From Candidatus Saccharicenans sp. (GTDB taxonomy: Bacteria; Acidobacteriota; Aminicenantia; Aminicenantales; Saccharicenantaceae): a stretch of DNA of 64,000 bases. This document shows, in pieces, positions 9,733-20,613 of this stretch. The stretch's first letter is position 1. Each line of letters opens with the position of its first letter. Below the pieces are notes generated by a model. That model saw only the letters and a list, made by a program, of their open reading frames with translations. It had not been told where the DNA came from and made no database searches. The translations under genes were made by a program, and so were the position numbers. Location of the stretch: the NCBI GenBank assembly GCA_024653215.1, contig JANLFU010000010.1, positions 19,625 to 83,624 of the forward strand. The letters are read 5' to 3'.

Positions 9733-11862
9733 CTAAACCTTCTTGTTTATGGTTTTAAGAATTCTTTCCCTGCTTAACTCCGAACCGGTCTTCTGCTGCG
9801 AGGAAGAGCTGATGACCCGTCCGTAGCAATCAAGGGCCTGAATGGTGTAGAGGTAAGTTTTATCTGCTTCCAGGTACTTGTCGATGTAGACAACCTGCCC
9901 TGCCGAAAAATCAGAATCCCTGAAGGTCTGCACAATATGGGGATTGGCCCCGCTGCCCGCTTCCTGCCGGGTGAGCTGGTAGCTATCGACGTTGAAGGGA
10001 GCCGCCTTGCTGACCTGAATGGTAATCCGGGAATAGGCCCGTCTCAAGATCCAGGCCCTCTCCACCTTGCGTTCCACCTGGATATTGATGTTTATTTCAG
10101 GAATAAAACCGGTCCCGCCCAGGCTGAGCAGGGCCTGGGGTGTGGAGGGGTCGTTAGAATTAATGGCGAAAGTGGCAGTCAGGGGACCGGTGTTGTATGC
10201 TCCAAGCCTGAAGCCGACTTCCCGGCTGCTTCCGGCATTAACCGTAAAGGGAAAGGCGGTGGCCAGGCAGGAAAAATCCGTAGCCCCGGAGAGCCGGCTG
10301 ATGCTGTTGATAATCAAGGGCCCGGCCCCGTCGTTGTAAATCGTCAGGGTCAGGTCGGAATTGGTGCAGACATTGACCTGGCCGAAGCTGAGGGTCGAGG
10401 ACGACAGGCGCAGTTCAGGGTTGGCCCCGGCATACATCCTGAAACTTATGGGGGTACCTGACCCTGTGATTTCGGTCATACCCATTCCGGTAGGGCTGCC
10501 GTCATACCGCACAGTTGCCGGGTAGGTGGAAGGACCCAGCTCCGAGCCCGGCCGGTAAAAATCAGCCGAATCGCAACCCCTGATACCAAGCTCGATCTCG
10601 TCCAGGCCGTCGGCCTGGACCAGCATCAGCAATTTATGTTCGGTGTAGGAATTGTCATAGAGGAAGTTGGTGCCGTAGGAATTAAGCCTGGCATCCACGT
10701 GCCAGACGGCCAGGCCAACGTTCCCGCCGTTGACGCTGACCAGCCTGGAGTCGTTCCTGGTGGCATACCTGTTCTGAACCAGGTAATATTCATTAAAAAT
10801 ATCCCCGCTGACCGCTCCCGGAAAGAAAATCAGGGCCTCTGGATAATCACCCGTGGCTCTCAGGCTATAAACCTGGCTGCCGGCGCTGAAGACAGACGGA
10901 GTCAGCCAGTCCAGGATGAACTTGGAAAAGGCATTGTGGTCAAAGTTGTTGGAGTCCATCATGTCAAAGCCGCCCACGCCTCCCTTGGGGCCAACCGAAC
11001 CGTCATAATCGTAATAATCAGGCAGGCCCAGGGCATGTCCCGTTTCGTGAATCGCTACCAGAGGAGTAAACTGGCCGGCAGGATAATTGTAAAGCTCCCA
11101 CTGCCAGGAGTATCTCCTGAGCCTCTTTCCGTCAAGCAGATAACTGGTATCACTGAAAGTCGTCTGGTAACCCCACCAGAAAGTAGCCCAATCGCCATGG
11201 GTCCCGGTCCAGAAAACCAGGAAATAATCAACGTACCCGTCGTTGTCGTTATCGTACTGGGAAAAATCGTGACCCTGGGCGTCGTAATAATTCAGAACCT
11301 CTTTGATGAGAGACTGTCGCCCCTGGGTGGTTTCTGCTACGGCAGAGCGGTTATAAGCGGTGGTATACCAGCCGAGGACATTACCCTGTATGTCCAGTTG
11401 GCTGTAAGAGGCCCGAGAGTAATAGGCTCTCATGGTTTCGTAGGGATAACTGGGGTCGTACATATCTTCCGACCCGAAAAGCTTCTGGGCAATGAAATCA
11501 GCACTGGTCATAGGAGCATAATCCTGGAAGGCAATCAGGATGGCCAGGACCTTAACCTGGCCCTTGGTGGGCATTCCCCGCCAGCTGGGGGGCGGGGCCA
11601 GTAGTCTATCAATCTCCTGCGGACTTAAGCCCCGGGCTTCCAGGGCCAGGCGCTTAACCCGGTAATTCAATTGGGCCACAACGTCCGGGTCCATCCGGTG
11701 ATTTCCGATTTCCCTGGCCGCGGCCACGCGGGCGGCATAGGTGCCATCCTGCTTGTATTTCTGAATCTGCTCCCTGGTGGGCGGTTCCAGGGCCCGGAGC
11801 CCTGCTGTTACCAAGAGAATAATGATTAACAATAAAAAAAAGACCCTGTTACGCGTCAGCAC
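9733..11862 (-). CDS. Secreted M6-family (immune inhibitor A-like) zinc metalloprotease with C-terminal beta-sandwich domains.
   Basis: Signal peptide. VAIHETGHALGLPDYYDYD is the HExxHxxGxxD zincin motif characteristic of M6. 709 aa. Confidence 0.7.
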   Translation of the reverse strand: MLTRNRVFFLLLIIILLVTAGLRALEPPTREQIQKYKQDGTYAARVAAAREIGNHRMDPDVVAQLNYRVKRLALEARGLSPQEIDRLLAPPPSWRGMPTKGQVKVLAILIAFQDYAPMTSADFIAQKLFGSEDMYDPSYPYETMRAYYSRASYSQLDIQGNVLGWYTTAYNRSAVAETTQGRQSLIKEVLNYYDAQGHDFSQYDNDNDGYVDYFLVFWTGTHGDWATFWWGYQTTFSDTSYLLDGKRLRRYSWQWELYNYPAGQFTPLVAIHETGHALGLPDYYDYDGSVGPKGGVGGFDMMDSNNFDHNAFSKFILDWLTPSVFSAGSQVYSLRATGDYPEALIFFPGAVSGDIFNEYYLVQNRYATRNDSRLVSVNGGNVGLAVWHVDARLNSYGTNFLYDNSYTEHKLLMLVQADGLDEIELGIRGCDSADFYRPGSELGPSTYPATVRYDGSPTGMGMTEITGSGTPISFRMYAGANPELRLSSSTLSFGQVNVCTNSDLTLTIYNDGAGPLIINSISRLSGATDFSCLATAFPFTVNAGSSREVGFRLGAYNTGPLTATFAINSNDPSTPQALLSLGGTGFIPEININIQVERKVERAWILRRAYSRITIQVSKAAPFNVDSYQLTRQEAGSGANPHIVQTFRDSDFSAGQVVYIDKYLEADKTYLYTIQALDCYGRVISSSSQQKTGSELSRERILKTINKKV

Positions 11863-12216
11863 AGGCTTCCTCCCCTCTTCACTCTTTCAGAACCTCAATT
11901 CTATTATCCTGATTGAGTCCTGGCTGTCAACCGAAAATTGGCAGCGGCAGAACCGGGCCCGGGCAACCAGCCAAAAACTCAGTTAGAGCATCCGGTTGGA
12001 AGCCGGCAATATATTAAATTGGCTTTTTAAGCTTGAGCTCAGGGACTGTCTCTTCTTAAACCAATTTTCCTTTTACCCGGTCGGTCCCCTGGCAGCCACG
12101 GGTCTATTCGCCAACGGAACGTTGTTATAAATTTTCTTTGTTTATCATCATCCTATTTGCTTATAATATCCCTGATTAATCGGGCTGGCGAAAAAGCCGG
12201 AGATGAGGAGTTAGAC

Positions 12217-13761
12217 ATGCAACTTCACTGGTTGGACCTCTCAGTCTTCATCCTCTTTTTCATCGTGGTGGTTTCGGTCAGCATGTACAAGAGCCGCAAG
12301 GAGCGGACCGGGACGGATTTCTTCCTGGCCGGGCGGGGGCTGGTCTGGCCGCTGATCGGTTTCTCGCTGATCGCGGCCAACATTTCCACCGAGCATTTTG
12401 TCGGCATGTCCGGCCAGGCCGCGGGCGTGGCCGGCATGGCCGTGGCCAGCTACGAGTGGATGGCCGCCATCACCCTGGTTTTCGTGGCCCTGTTTTTCCT
12501 GCCGAAATTCCTGCGCAGCGGTATTTATACCATTCCTGAATTCCTGGAGTACCGCTACAACCCGGCGGCCCGCGGCATCATGGCTTTCTACATGATTCTG
12601 ATGTACACCCTGGTCAGCATCGCGGCCGTGGTTTACACCGGGGCCCTGGCCCTGCACACCATATTCGACTTCGACCTGGTAAAAGCCGTCTGGCTGATCG
12701 GCATCATTGCCGCCGTTTACACCACCTGGGGCGGACTCAAGGCCGTGGCCTGGGCCGACCTCTTCCAGGGCTCAGCCCTGATCCTCGGCGGCCTGGTGAC
12801 CATGGTCCTGGGCTTCAGGGCCGTGGGCGGGATCGGGGCCTTCGTGGCCGCCAACCAGGATAAGCTCCACATGATCATGCCGGCTGACCACCCGGTCATT
12901 CCCTGGACCACCCTGGTCGTCGGGCTATGGATCCCAAATTTCTACTACTGGGGATTAAACCAGTTCATAACCCAGAGAACCCTGGCCGCCAAGAGCCTGA
13001 AGCAGGGTCAGCTGGGAATCATGTTCGCCGCTTTTCTAAAATTGCTGATACCTTTCATCATTGTCATGCCGGGCATAATCTCCTACCAGCTCTACAAAGA
13101 CCAGCTGCTGGCCCCCGGCCATACCACCGACCAGGCCTACCCGCTGCTCATCCGCAACCTGGTTGGTCCCGGAATGAGAGGCTTTATCCTGGCCGCCATT
13201 GCCGGGGCCGTGATCAGCACCCTCGGTTCACTCCTGAACTCGGTCTCCACCATCCTGACCATGGACATCTACAAACGCCACCTGAAGAAGGAAGCCAACC
13301 AGGAAACCCTGATCAAGATCGGGCGGGTGGCCACCATCGTTTTCGTGCTGCTGGTCTGCTTGCTGGCACCAAAGCTGGGAGACCCCAGGTTCAAGGGCAT
13401 CTTCAATTACATCCAGGAATTTCAGGGCTTTGTCTCGCCGGGCGTGCTGGCTGCCTTTGTTTTTGGCCTGTTCATAAAGCGGACACCGCCGGCGGCCGGG
13501 GTGACCGCCCTGGTGCTTTCCGTCCCGGTGTACGGCTTCCTGAAATGGCAGTTTGGCGACATAGCCTTCTTGAACCGCATCGCCATCAACTTTATAGTCC
13601 TGGTCCTGGCCATGGCCATAATTACCCTGGTCAGGCCGCTCAAGCAGCCAAAAGAACTTCCGGTCCAGGAAAATTTCGACATGCGTTCCACCCCGGTTCT
13701 CAAGTACCTGTGCGCCGCCATCGTTATCCTGACTGTCGCCCTTTATATAATTTTCTGGTAA
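12217..13761 (+). CDS. Sodium:solute symporter (SSF family). The start is set at the ATG of MQLHWLDL, which has a GGAG-rich RBS; the ORF track extends 20 codons upstream.
   Basis: About 13 TM helices, and SSF-type motifs (GR.L....GFSLIAANISTEHFVG, YTIPEFLEYRY). Adjacent to the fucosidase gene. Confidence 0.75.
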   Translation: MQLHWLDLSVFILFFIVVVSVSMYKSRKERTGTDFFLAGRGLVWPLIGFSLIAANISTEHFVGMSGQAAGVAGMAVASYEWMAAITLVFVALFFLPKFLRSGIYTIPEFLEYRYNPAARGIMAFYMILMYTLVSIAAVVYTGALALHTIFDFDLVKAVWLIGIIAAVYTTWGGLKAVAWADLFQGSALILGGLVTMVLGFRAVGGIGAFVAANQDKLHMIMPADHPVIPWTTLVVGLWIPNFYYWGLNQFITQRTLAAKSLKQGQLGIMFAAFLKLLIPFIIVMPGIISYQLYKDQLLAPGHTTDQAYPLLIRNLVGPGMRGFILAAIAGAVISTLGSLLNSVSTILTMDIYKRHLKKEANQETLIKIGRVATIVFVLLVCLLAPKLGDPRFKGIFNYIQEFQGFVSPGVLAAFVFGLFIKRTPPAAGVTALVLSVPVYGFLKWQFGDIAFLNRIAINFIVLVLAMAIITLVRPLKQPKELPVQENFDMRSTPVLKYLCAAIVILTVALYIIFW

Positions 13762-13788
13762 TCCCGAAAAAGCGAGGAATGTTATAAG

Positions 13789-15396
13789 ATGCCAGCGGGC
13801 CGAACTTCGAGATTGCCCCCGGCCAAAAATATCCTGCCTGTCCTGCTCCTGGCCGCGGTCATCGCTCTATCCAGCCTGGTCGTTTCCAGAGGCCAACCGA
13901 CTGAAATTCCTTTCAGAAATGTCCAGATAATTGAACCCGGCGACTCGCCCGATATCATAATCCAGAAAGCGGCCAGGGTTGTCCCGGCCAGGCGACAGAT
14001 AAAGTGGCAGGAAAAGGAAATGGCCGCCTTTGTCCATTTCGGGCTTAACACCTTCACCGGCAAGGAACACAGCGACGGGACCGATAGCCCCTCTCTTTTT
14101 CAACCATCGAGCTTCAACTCAAGACAGTGGGCCCGGGTATTCAAGGAGGCCGGCTTCCGGATGATAATCCTGACTGCCAAGCATCATGACGGTTTCTGCC
14201 TCTGGCCAACCCGGACCACCGATTACTCGGTTAAATCAAGCCCCTGGCGGAAGGGACGGGGCGACGTGGTCAAGGAAGTGGCCATGGCCTGCCGGGAAGA
14301 AGGCCTGGATTTCGGCCTTTACCTCTCTCCCTGGGACCGGCACGAAAAGAGTTATGGCAGCCCGCAGTACAACGAGTTTTTCCGTCACCAGTTGAGAGAA
14401 TTGCTCACCAATTATGGCCCGGTGGCCGAAGTCTGGTTCGACGGGTATTGCGGAGAAGGACCGAACGGCCGGAAGCAGGATTATGACTGGATCTCATACT
14501 ACCAGTTGATAAGAAAACTACAGCCGGAAGCCGTCATCGCCATAATGGGCCCGGATGTTCGCTGGGTTGGCAACGAAAGCGGCCTGGCCAGGGAGAGCGA
14601 GTGGAGCGTTCTGCCCCTTAACATTTCTGAAGCTTCCCTGAACCTGTTAAAGGCCGGGCGCACACCGCTGGAAAGAATATTCCAGCCGGCCAATGTCATG
14701 GGAGAAGACCTCGGGAGCCGGGCGGTGATCGGCGGAGCCCGGGCGCTGTTCTGGTACCCGGCCGAGGTCGACGTCTCCATCAGGCCAGGCTGGTTTTACC
14801 ACCAGGACCAGGACCGGCAGGTTAAATCGCCCCGGGAGCTTTTTGAAATATATCTTAAATCAGTTGGAAGAAACTCTGTCCTGCTGCTTAATGTTCCGCC
14901 GGACAGGAGAGGCCTGGTCAACGAAAACGACATGAGGGCTCTGCTGGGCTGGCGGCAGTTGCTGGACCAGACCTTCAGGGAAGGTTACATCAGAAAAATC
15001 GCGGCCAGAGCCTCCGGCCAGTCGCCCGGGACAGAGGCCAGCTACCTGCTCAGGAAAAATCCGGATGGAGTCTGGAGCCCTTCACCCGGCCAGTTACCGG
15101 CCTGGCTGGAGTTCACGCTGGAAAGAATGGGCCGCTTCGACTGCCTGGAAATAAGGGAAGACATCGCCCGGGGTCAGAGAATCGAAGCCTTCTCCGTCGA
15201 AGCCTGGCTGGGGGGAAAATGGACTGAAATTGCCAGGGGAACGACGGTGGGTTATAAGAGGCTGGTAACCTTTTCCCCCGTTTCGACTGACCGGGTGAGG
15301 CTGGTAATAAGACAATCCCGGGATGTCCCCCGGGTGAAGAGTTTCAACCTTTACAGGCTGGCCCGCCAGGCTGCGCGGCCGGCCAGCATTGGTTGA
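13789..15396 (+). CDS. Alpha-L-fucosidase (GH29) with an N-terminal signal.
   Basis: GH29 core motifs KHHDGFCLWPT, VWFDGY and SPWD. 535 aa. Confidence 0.75.
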   Translation: MPAGRTSRLPPAKNILPVLLLAAVIALSSLVVSRGQPTEIPFRNVQIIEPGDSPDIIIQKAARVVPARRQIKWQEKEMAAFVHFGLNTFTGKEHSDGTDSPSLFQPSSFNSRQWARVFKEAGFRMIILTAKHHDGFCLWPTRTTDYSVKSSPWRKGRGDVVKEVAMACREEGLDFGLYLSPWDRHEKSYGSPQYNEFFRHQLRELLTNYGPVAEVWFDGYCGEGPNGRKQDYDWISYYQLIRKLQPEAVIAIMGPDVRWVGNESGLARESEWSVLPLNISEASLNLLKAGRTPLERIFQPANVMGEDLGSRAVIGGARALFWYPAEVDVSIRPGWFYHQDQDRQVKSPRELFEIYLKSVGRNSVLLLNVPPDRRGLVNENDMRALLGWRQLLDQTFREGYIRKIAARASGQSPGTEASYLLRKNPDGVWSPSPGQLPAWLEFTLERMGRFDCLEIREDIARGQRIEAFSVEAWLGGKWTEIARGTTVGYKRLVTFSPVSTDRVRLVIRQSRDVPRVKSFNLYRLARQAARPASIG

Positions 15397-15589
15397 ATGG
15401 CATTCACTCGGTTCTGACTCTTATGGCCCAGTCAACTCGGTCAGGAGCTGGCCCGGGCACGCTTAACCAAGTCCTGTTCGCGAAATGCCTGTTTTTATCC
15501 CTCCCTTCACCGATAGCAGTCAGAATTCTCCACCTGATTGACAGCGCCCGTGAACTGATTTAATTATTTAATACGGGGAGGGAAAGGCG

Positions 15590-16312
15590 ATGAAAAAGGC
15601 AGCGGTCTTCCTGGTGCTGATCCTTTTTTACTGGAGCTGTCTGCCAACGGAGAAGGCAGGTTCGGAAGCGTCCTTCGAACGGCATCTCAACGCCGGCCTT
15701 GCTCACATGCGCAACAGGGACTATGCCCTGGCCAGGCAGGAATTTTCCCGGGCCTTAAACCTCAACCCGAAATCGACGCGGGTTCACAACCTCCTGGGCC
15801 TGACCTACTTTCACGAGCAGAATTACGATATGGCCGAAATGTACTTCCAGCGGGCCGTAAGACTTGACCCGCAATTCAGCCTGGGTTATCTCAACCTCGG
15901 CGGTGTCTATGCCATGAAACAACTCTATCCCCGGGCCAGGGAATACTACGAAAAGACCATCAGCCTGGCCCCTGGCCTGGTCGCCGCCTACTACAGCCTG
16001 GGCGCGGTCTGTTTCCAGCTGGGTGATGAGGAAGCTGCCCTCAATTATCTTTCCAAGGGCTTTGAGCTTGAGCCAGATTTCCTGGAAAAACACCCGGACA
16101 GCCTGGTCGGTTTGCCCATGAAAGGAGCCTCCCTGGCCGAGCTTTATTTTTCCTTCGCCCGCCTGTATGCCGGCCGCCAGGACCTGGACAGGACGGTAGA
16201 TTACCTGAAGCGGGCCAGGCAGGCCGGCTTCAGGGACTGGAAGCGGATAGAGCAGGAACCGGAATTTGAAAAAATCAGGGACAATCCGGTCATCAGGGAA
16301 TTTCTGAAGTAA
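15590..16312 (+). CDS. TPR-repeat lipoprotein.
   Basis: Signal plus cysteine (LFYWSC). Multiple 34-aa TPR units (AxxxxxAL.L.P....A...LG). Confidence 0.6.
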   Translation: MKKAAVFLVLILFYWSCLPTEKAGSEASFERHLNAGLAHMRNRDYALARQEFSRALNLNPKSTRVHNLLGLTYFHEQNYDMAEMYFQRAVRLDPQFSLGYLNLGGVYAMKQLYPRAREYYEKTISLAPGLVAAYYSLGAVCFQLGDEEAALNYLSKGFELEPDFLEKHPDSLVGLPMKGASLAELYFSFARLYAGRQDLDRTVDYLKRARQAGFRDWKRIEQEPEFEKIRDNPVIREFLK

Positions 16313-16474
16313 GACCTGCAACCTTTTATCCCGGACCTGGTTTTTCATGAAGGAGAGTACTTACATTTCCCGGGGCAGGCAGGATTTCTTGACAGTCACC
16401 GCCCCTTGGTTTAGCATTTAGTTGACTTTCGGGCAAACCAGAGTGAAACGACCTAATTTTAACAGGGAAAAAAA

Positions 16475-18556
16475 ATGATAAAAAGAATCGGATGGGTCCT
16501 TGCTATCCTGATTGTAATTACTGCCGCCGTTTCAGCCGGTCAGAAACAATCGGATATCATCAAAGGCCTGAATCCCAAGTACCAGGACTGGCTGAAGCTG
16601 GTCAATTACATCATCCTGCCCCAGGAAAAAGACGTTTTCCTGAAACTCAATAACGACCGGGAAAGGGACCTGTTCATCGAAACCTTCTGGAAGATGAGGG
16701 ACCCGACTCCGGGTACCCCCGAAAACGAGTACAAGGAAGAAATAATCAAGAGATTTAATTACGTGAACAAGACCTTCAGGCGGGGCTCAACCCGCGAAGG
16801 CTGGCAGACGGACATGGGCAAGATCTACATGATTCTCGGTGCCCCGGAGAGCATAGAGAGGTTTGAGGGTGTTAACGGCATAGTCCCCTGCCAGGCCTGG
16901 ACCTACCACGGCGACCCTGAAAAGGGACTGCCCCCGGTCTTCATATTCATCTTTTTCCAGAGGCATGGCAGCATCGAATACAAGCTCTACGACCCGTTGA
17001 TAGACGGCCCGGCCAGCCTCCTCCAGGATAAGCGCGGCCTGGATGGCCTCACCTATGAAGAACTTTACGAGAAAATCCTGGAAATTGCTCCCACCCTGGC
17101 CAACACCGCCATTTCCCTGATTCCAGGAGAATTTTCTTACGATTATTCTCCTTCTCCCCGCTACAACCTCATCCTGGCCGATATCCTGGATTCACCCAAA
17201 AAAGACGTCAACCCGTCCTATGCCACCCACTTCCTTAATTACAAAGGGGTGGTTTCAACCGAGTACCTGACCAATTTCGTCGATTCCGAATCAATGGCCG
17301 AGGTTATCCTTGACCCGGTCACCGGCCTGAACTTTGTTCATTTTACGGTGGCCCCAAAGAGCGTTTCGGTGGATTATTACGAGCCGAGAAGCCAGTACTA
17401 CGTCCCCTTCCAGATGGATGTCAGCCTCAGGTCCAAGGATAAAATAGTCTTCCAGTACAACCGCAACATGTCCTACTACTTTTCCGAAAACGACCTGCCC
17501 CGAATCCAGGGTAACGGGCTGGCCCTTGAAGATTCTTTCCCGGTGGCCGAAGGTTCATACCAGTTAACGGTCCTGCTGAGGAACCCGGTCTCCAAGGAAT
17601 TCACCATCCTGGAAAAGCAGATTGAAGTGGCTGAAGCCGGGAACCAGCCCCGGCTGGCCAACCCGCTCATCGGCTACCGGACGGAAAAATTCGCCCGGAG
17701 CCAGCATCTGCCTTTCAAGGTGGATGAAACCAAGGTCCTGGTGGACCCGAAGAATACCATCTCCGCCTCCGATGTCCTGGCCGTCAGCATCAGTGTTCTC
17801 AACCTGACCGAAAGCCTGCGCCAGAACGGCAAGATCAGGCTGGACCTCAGGAGTCTGGGCCAGAACAACCAGTTGACCAGGACCATAGAAATAAACCTGA
17901 ACGAAAAGGAATTCAGCCGGGTCAGCAATTACCTGAGAGAGATCCAGGTGCGGGACATGATACCTGACTATTACGAGCTCAACCTCAGCCTGCTGGACGG
18001 AGCCGGAAGCCTGGTTGACCAGAAAAAGGGCACTTTCATCATCTCGCCGGAGAAGACCATTGGTCATCCCATAGTCCAGGCCAAGAGCTTTAACCTGGGT
18101 AACCTCTTCTACTATCATTACATGCTGGCCAGCCAGTACGACAAGCTGGACCAGACGGACAGGGCCGCCTACTATTACGAGCAGGCTTTCCGGCAGAATC
18201 CACAATTCAAAGAGGGTCTAAAAGAATACTGCCAGTTCCTCATCAAGGTCGGCCAGTTTGACCGGGTCATGGAAATGGCCGAAGGACTGAAAGCTGACGA
18301 CAGCCAGGCCTTTGACTATCACCTGTTCCGGGGACTGGCCCTGATGGGCAAACAGGACATGGCCGGAGCACTGGACGAACTGTTGAAAGCCATTACCATC
18401 TATGACAGCGATACCCGGGCCCTGAACGCCCTGGGCCGCGTCTATATCCAGACCGGCCAGAAAGAGAAGGCCAGGCAGCCGCTGGAGGCCTCCCTGCGGC
18501 TGAACCCGGACCAGCCCGAGATCAGGAAGCTGCTATCCGAACTGGACAAGAGGTAA
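16475..18556 (+). CDS. GWxTD-domain protein with C-terminal TPR repeats.
   Basis: Signal peptide. TREGWQTDMGKIYMILGAPESIERF matches the GWxTD domain signature. A C-terminal TPR block follows. 693 aa. Confidence 0.6.
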   Translation: MIKRIGWVLAILIVITAAVSAGQKQSDIIKGLNPKYQDWLKLVNYIILPQEKDVFLKLNNDRERDLFIETFWKMRDPTPGTPENEYKEEIIKRFNYVNKTFRRGSTREGWQTDMGKIYMILGAPESIERFEGVNGIVPCQAWTYHGDPEKGLPPVFIFIFFQRHGSIEYKLYDPLIDGPASLLQDKRGLDGLTYEELYEKILEIAPTLANTAISLIPGEFSYDYSPSPRYNLILADILDSPKKDVNPSYATHFLNYKGVVSTEYLTNFVDSESMAEVILDPVTGLNFVHFTVAPKSVSVDYYEPRSQYYVPFQMDVSLRSKDKIVFQYNRNMSYYFSENDLPRIQGNGLALEDSFPVAEGSYQLTVLLRNPVSKEFTILEKQIEVAEAGNQPRLANPLIGYRTEKFARSQHLPFKVDETKVLVDPKNTISASDVLAVSISVLNLTESLRQNGKIRLDLRSLGQNNQLTRTIEINLNEKEFSRVSNYLREIQVRDMIPDYYELNLSLLDGAGSLVDQKKGTFIISPEKTIGHPIVQAKSFNLGNLFYYHYMLASQYDKLDQTDRAAYYYEQAFRQNPQFKEGLKEYCQFLIKVGQFDRVMEMAEGLKADDSQAFDYHLFRGLALMGKQDMAGALDELLKAITIYDSDTRALNALGRVYIQTGQKEKARQPLEASLRLNPDQPEIRKLLSELDKR

Positions 18557-18875
18557 GGAAACTGAACGTGGCTTGGCCCGGTGCGGTATCAAGAAAGTGC
18601 AACCCTGCCAGAAAAATAATGGGTAAAATCCCATAAAACTGAAGAAGAGGTATTCTTCTATCGGCCAGGACAAGCCGTTAACTAAATCCCCCTGGATTCT
18701 AACTGCTCTGAACGAGATAAACCGGCAACATTTCCGGCCACCGCGGGGGAAGTTAAAGTCCATTACACGGAGTGGGGGGTATCCGGCCGTTTTCCAGCGC
18801 GACTTCGCAATGCCATCCTCTGAATTCCACTGGCTCTTGATAACATGAAACAGAGCCGGTCCCGGCCACCAACTA

Positions 18876-20252
18876 TCAGCGAATGGAAAGAATCCAGCCG
18901 GCCAGGTCATTGATCACTTCTTCCGAGACGTTTCCCGGCCGGTACATGTACTCGTCTGGTGTGATCAACCCCTTGCCTTCCATGAACAGATGGTTGCAGA
19001 AGGGATAGAGCTTAAAGGCAACGTTTTTCTTCCCTTCCAGCGCTTTTTTCCAGGCGTTGAAATCCACCTCGGTCACCTGGTAGTCTCTCTTGCCCTGAAG
19101 AATGAGTAGCGGCTTTTCAATTTTCCTGGCCTCTTCGGTTGGGCGATAATCTCTGAGATCAAGCCAGTAAGAAGGAGCGGCCCCGATCAGGATCTCAGGA
19201 GAGTTCTTATCAGCCTCGGTCAGTGCTTTAATCTTTCCCACTGTCGTTTCCAGTTCCTGGAGCTTTTTCTTGGTTTCTTCCGTGGCCGGCCCCTGCAGGG
19301 CCAGCAGGTACCTGGTCTGCTCCAGGATGGTGTCCTCCATGGGCCTGGTCAGCCCGGCCAGGATGATGAACCCGGCGGCCCCTGTGGCCTTCCGGGCAAT
19401 CCTGGGCACAAGCATTCCTCCCAGGCTGTGCCCCAGGACAAAGACTCTGTCCGGGTCAATCCCTTTAGTTTGACGCAGCAGGTTCACGGCCGAAACCGCA
19501 TCGTCCACGGTTTCCTCGTTGACTGTAAAGGAACTCAAAATCTTTTTATCAGTGCCCAGCTTCTGACCGTAGACTCGGGTCCGCTTTTCGTACCTTAATA
19601 CTGCAATGCCTTTTGAAGCCAGCCCCCAGGCAATATCACGGAAGGGCTTGTTGGGACCGACCGTCTCATCGCGGTCGTTGGGACCCGAGCCATGAACCAG
19701 GACCACTGCCGGAAAGGGGCCGGGCCCAACAGGCCTGGCTAAGGTACCGGGCAGAATCCAGTCACCGGTTCTGACCTGGACTTCCTCCTCCCGGAAAGAA
19801 TCAGGTCGGGCATAGGGCGGGGGTGGGCTTTCCCTGACTTCAAGATGGGGCACAAAGCTGAACCCGGCAATTTCCGCCTGTTTGTTGAAAACCACCCTCA
19901 GGTCCAGGGCCTGCTTTTCGAAAAAGCAGGCCAGGTAGACGAAATCATACGGCCCCTGGGATTCAAACCTTGACCCTTTGATCTCCTTCAGGGCTCCGAG
20001 TTGAGCCTGGAGTCTTTCCCAGATCATCTTGAGCGTGGCCGGGGTGGCCTGGGTTTTCATGGTCTGGTCAAAATGTTCGCCAGCCGTTTCATAGTTCCCC
20101 TGGCGGAGATTTTCGACCAGGGTCCAGGCCCTTGTTTCTAGCTTACTCAGGTCGGGCTTTTCCTGGCCAAAGACCTGGCTGCCGCAGGCCAGCAGGCCAG
20201 CTAAAATGACCATTATAAGGATGTGTTCCCTGTTTGTTGTGATGATTTTCAT
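18876..20252 (-). CDS. Secreted alpha/beta-hydrolase (lipoprotein) with an N-terminal DUF3887-like domain.
   Basis: Lipobox LLAC. Nucleophile elbow GHSLGG. HGSGPNDRDE oxyanion region. Confidence 0.7.
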   Translation of the reverse strand: MKIITTNREHILIMVILAGLLACGSQVFGQEKPDLSKLETRAWTLVENLRQGNYETAGEHFDQTMKTQATPATLKMIWERLQAQLGALKEIKGSRFESQGPYDFVYLACFFEKQALDLRVVFNKQAEIAGFSFVPHLEVRESPPPPYARPDSFREEEVQVRTGDWILPGTLARPVGPGPFPAVVLVHGSGPNDRDETVGPNKPFRDIAWGLASKGIAVLRYEKRTRVYGQKLGTDKKILSSFTVNEETVDDAVSAVNLLRQTKGIDPDRVFVLGHSLGGMLVPRIARKATGAAGFIILAGLTRPMEDTILEQTRYLLALQGPATEETKKKLQELETTVGKIKALTEADKNSPEILIGAAPSYWLDLRDYRPTEEARKIEKPLLILQGKRDYQVTEVDFNAWKKALEGKKNVAFKLYPFCNHLFMEGKGLITPDEYMYRPGNVSEEVINDLAGWILSIR

Positions 20253-20613
20253 GTGGCTACTTAAACTCCCTTTATGTCAGTCAGAGCCCCAGAAAGGGTT
20301 CTATAATCTCTTCTTTATCTGACCTATTTTCTCAGTAAATTGCTTCCTGCCGGGGCCTTAAGCAAAGAGTCCGGCTACTGAGATTTAATGCCAGTACAGA
20401 TCACCTCTATTTTATAAGGCTAAGTGCTCATTTTTTCAAATGAAGAAAATAAAATGGCCCTGGCCTTGATGCCAGAAGTGTTCTCTAAAAAAGGATTTGC
20501 CCCTGGCCTGCCCCTGAAAATAAAAATCCCTGCCCCCGGTTATTATTCCCGGAGGCAGGGACTTGACTCTGCTTCAACAATAACAGCCGATGAAGTTCTG
20601 ATCCAGTTCCACC

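Noticed and set aside
10636-11604. 322-aa plus-strand ORF antisense to the M6 protease gene (with similar long antisense ORFs at 46353..47060, 23234..23809, 26941..27966, 51921..53048, 54621..55499 and 43897..45030)
   Set aside because: All lie opposite strongly supported genes. They show Gly/Val/Pro/Arg-rich compositions and lack starts with an RBS. They are GC-rich antisense artefacts.
12927-13787. 286-aa ORF overlapping the symporter gene in another frame
   Set aside because: It is embedded entirely in a well-supported SSF transporter gene. It has a Pro/Arg/Gly-rich low-complexity translation characteristic of alternate frames in high-GC DNA.
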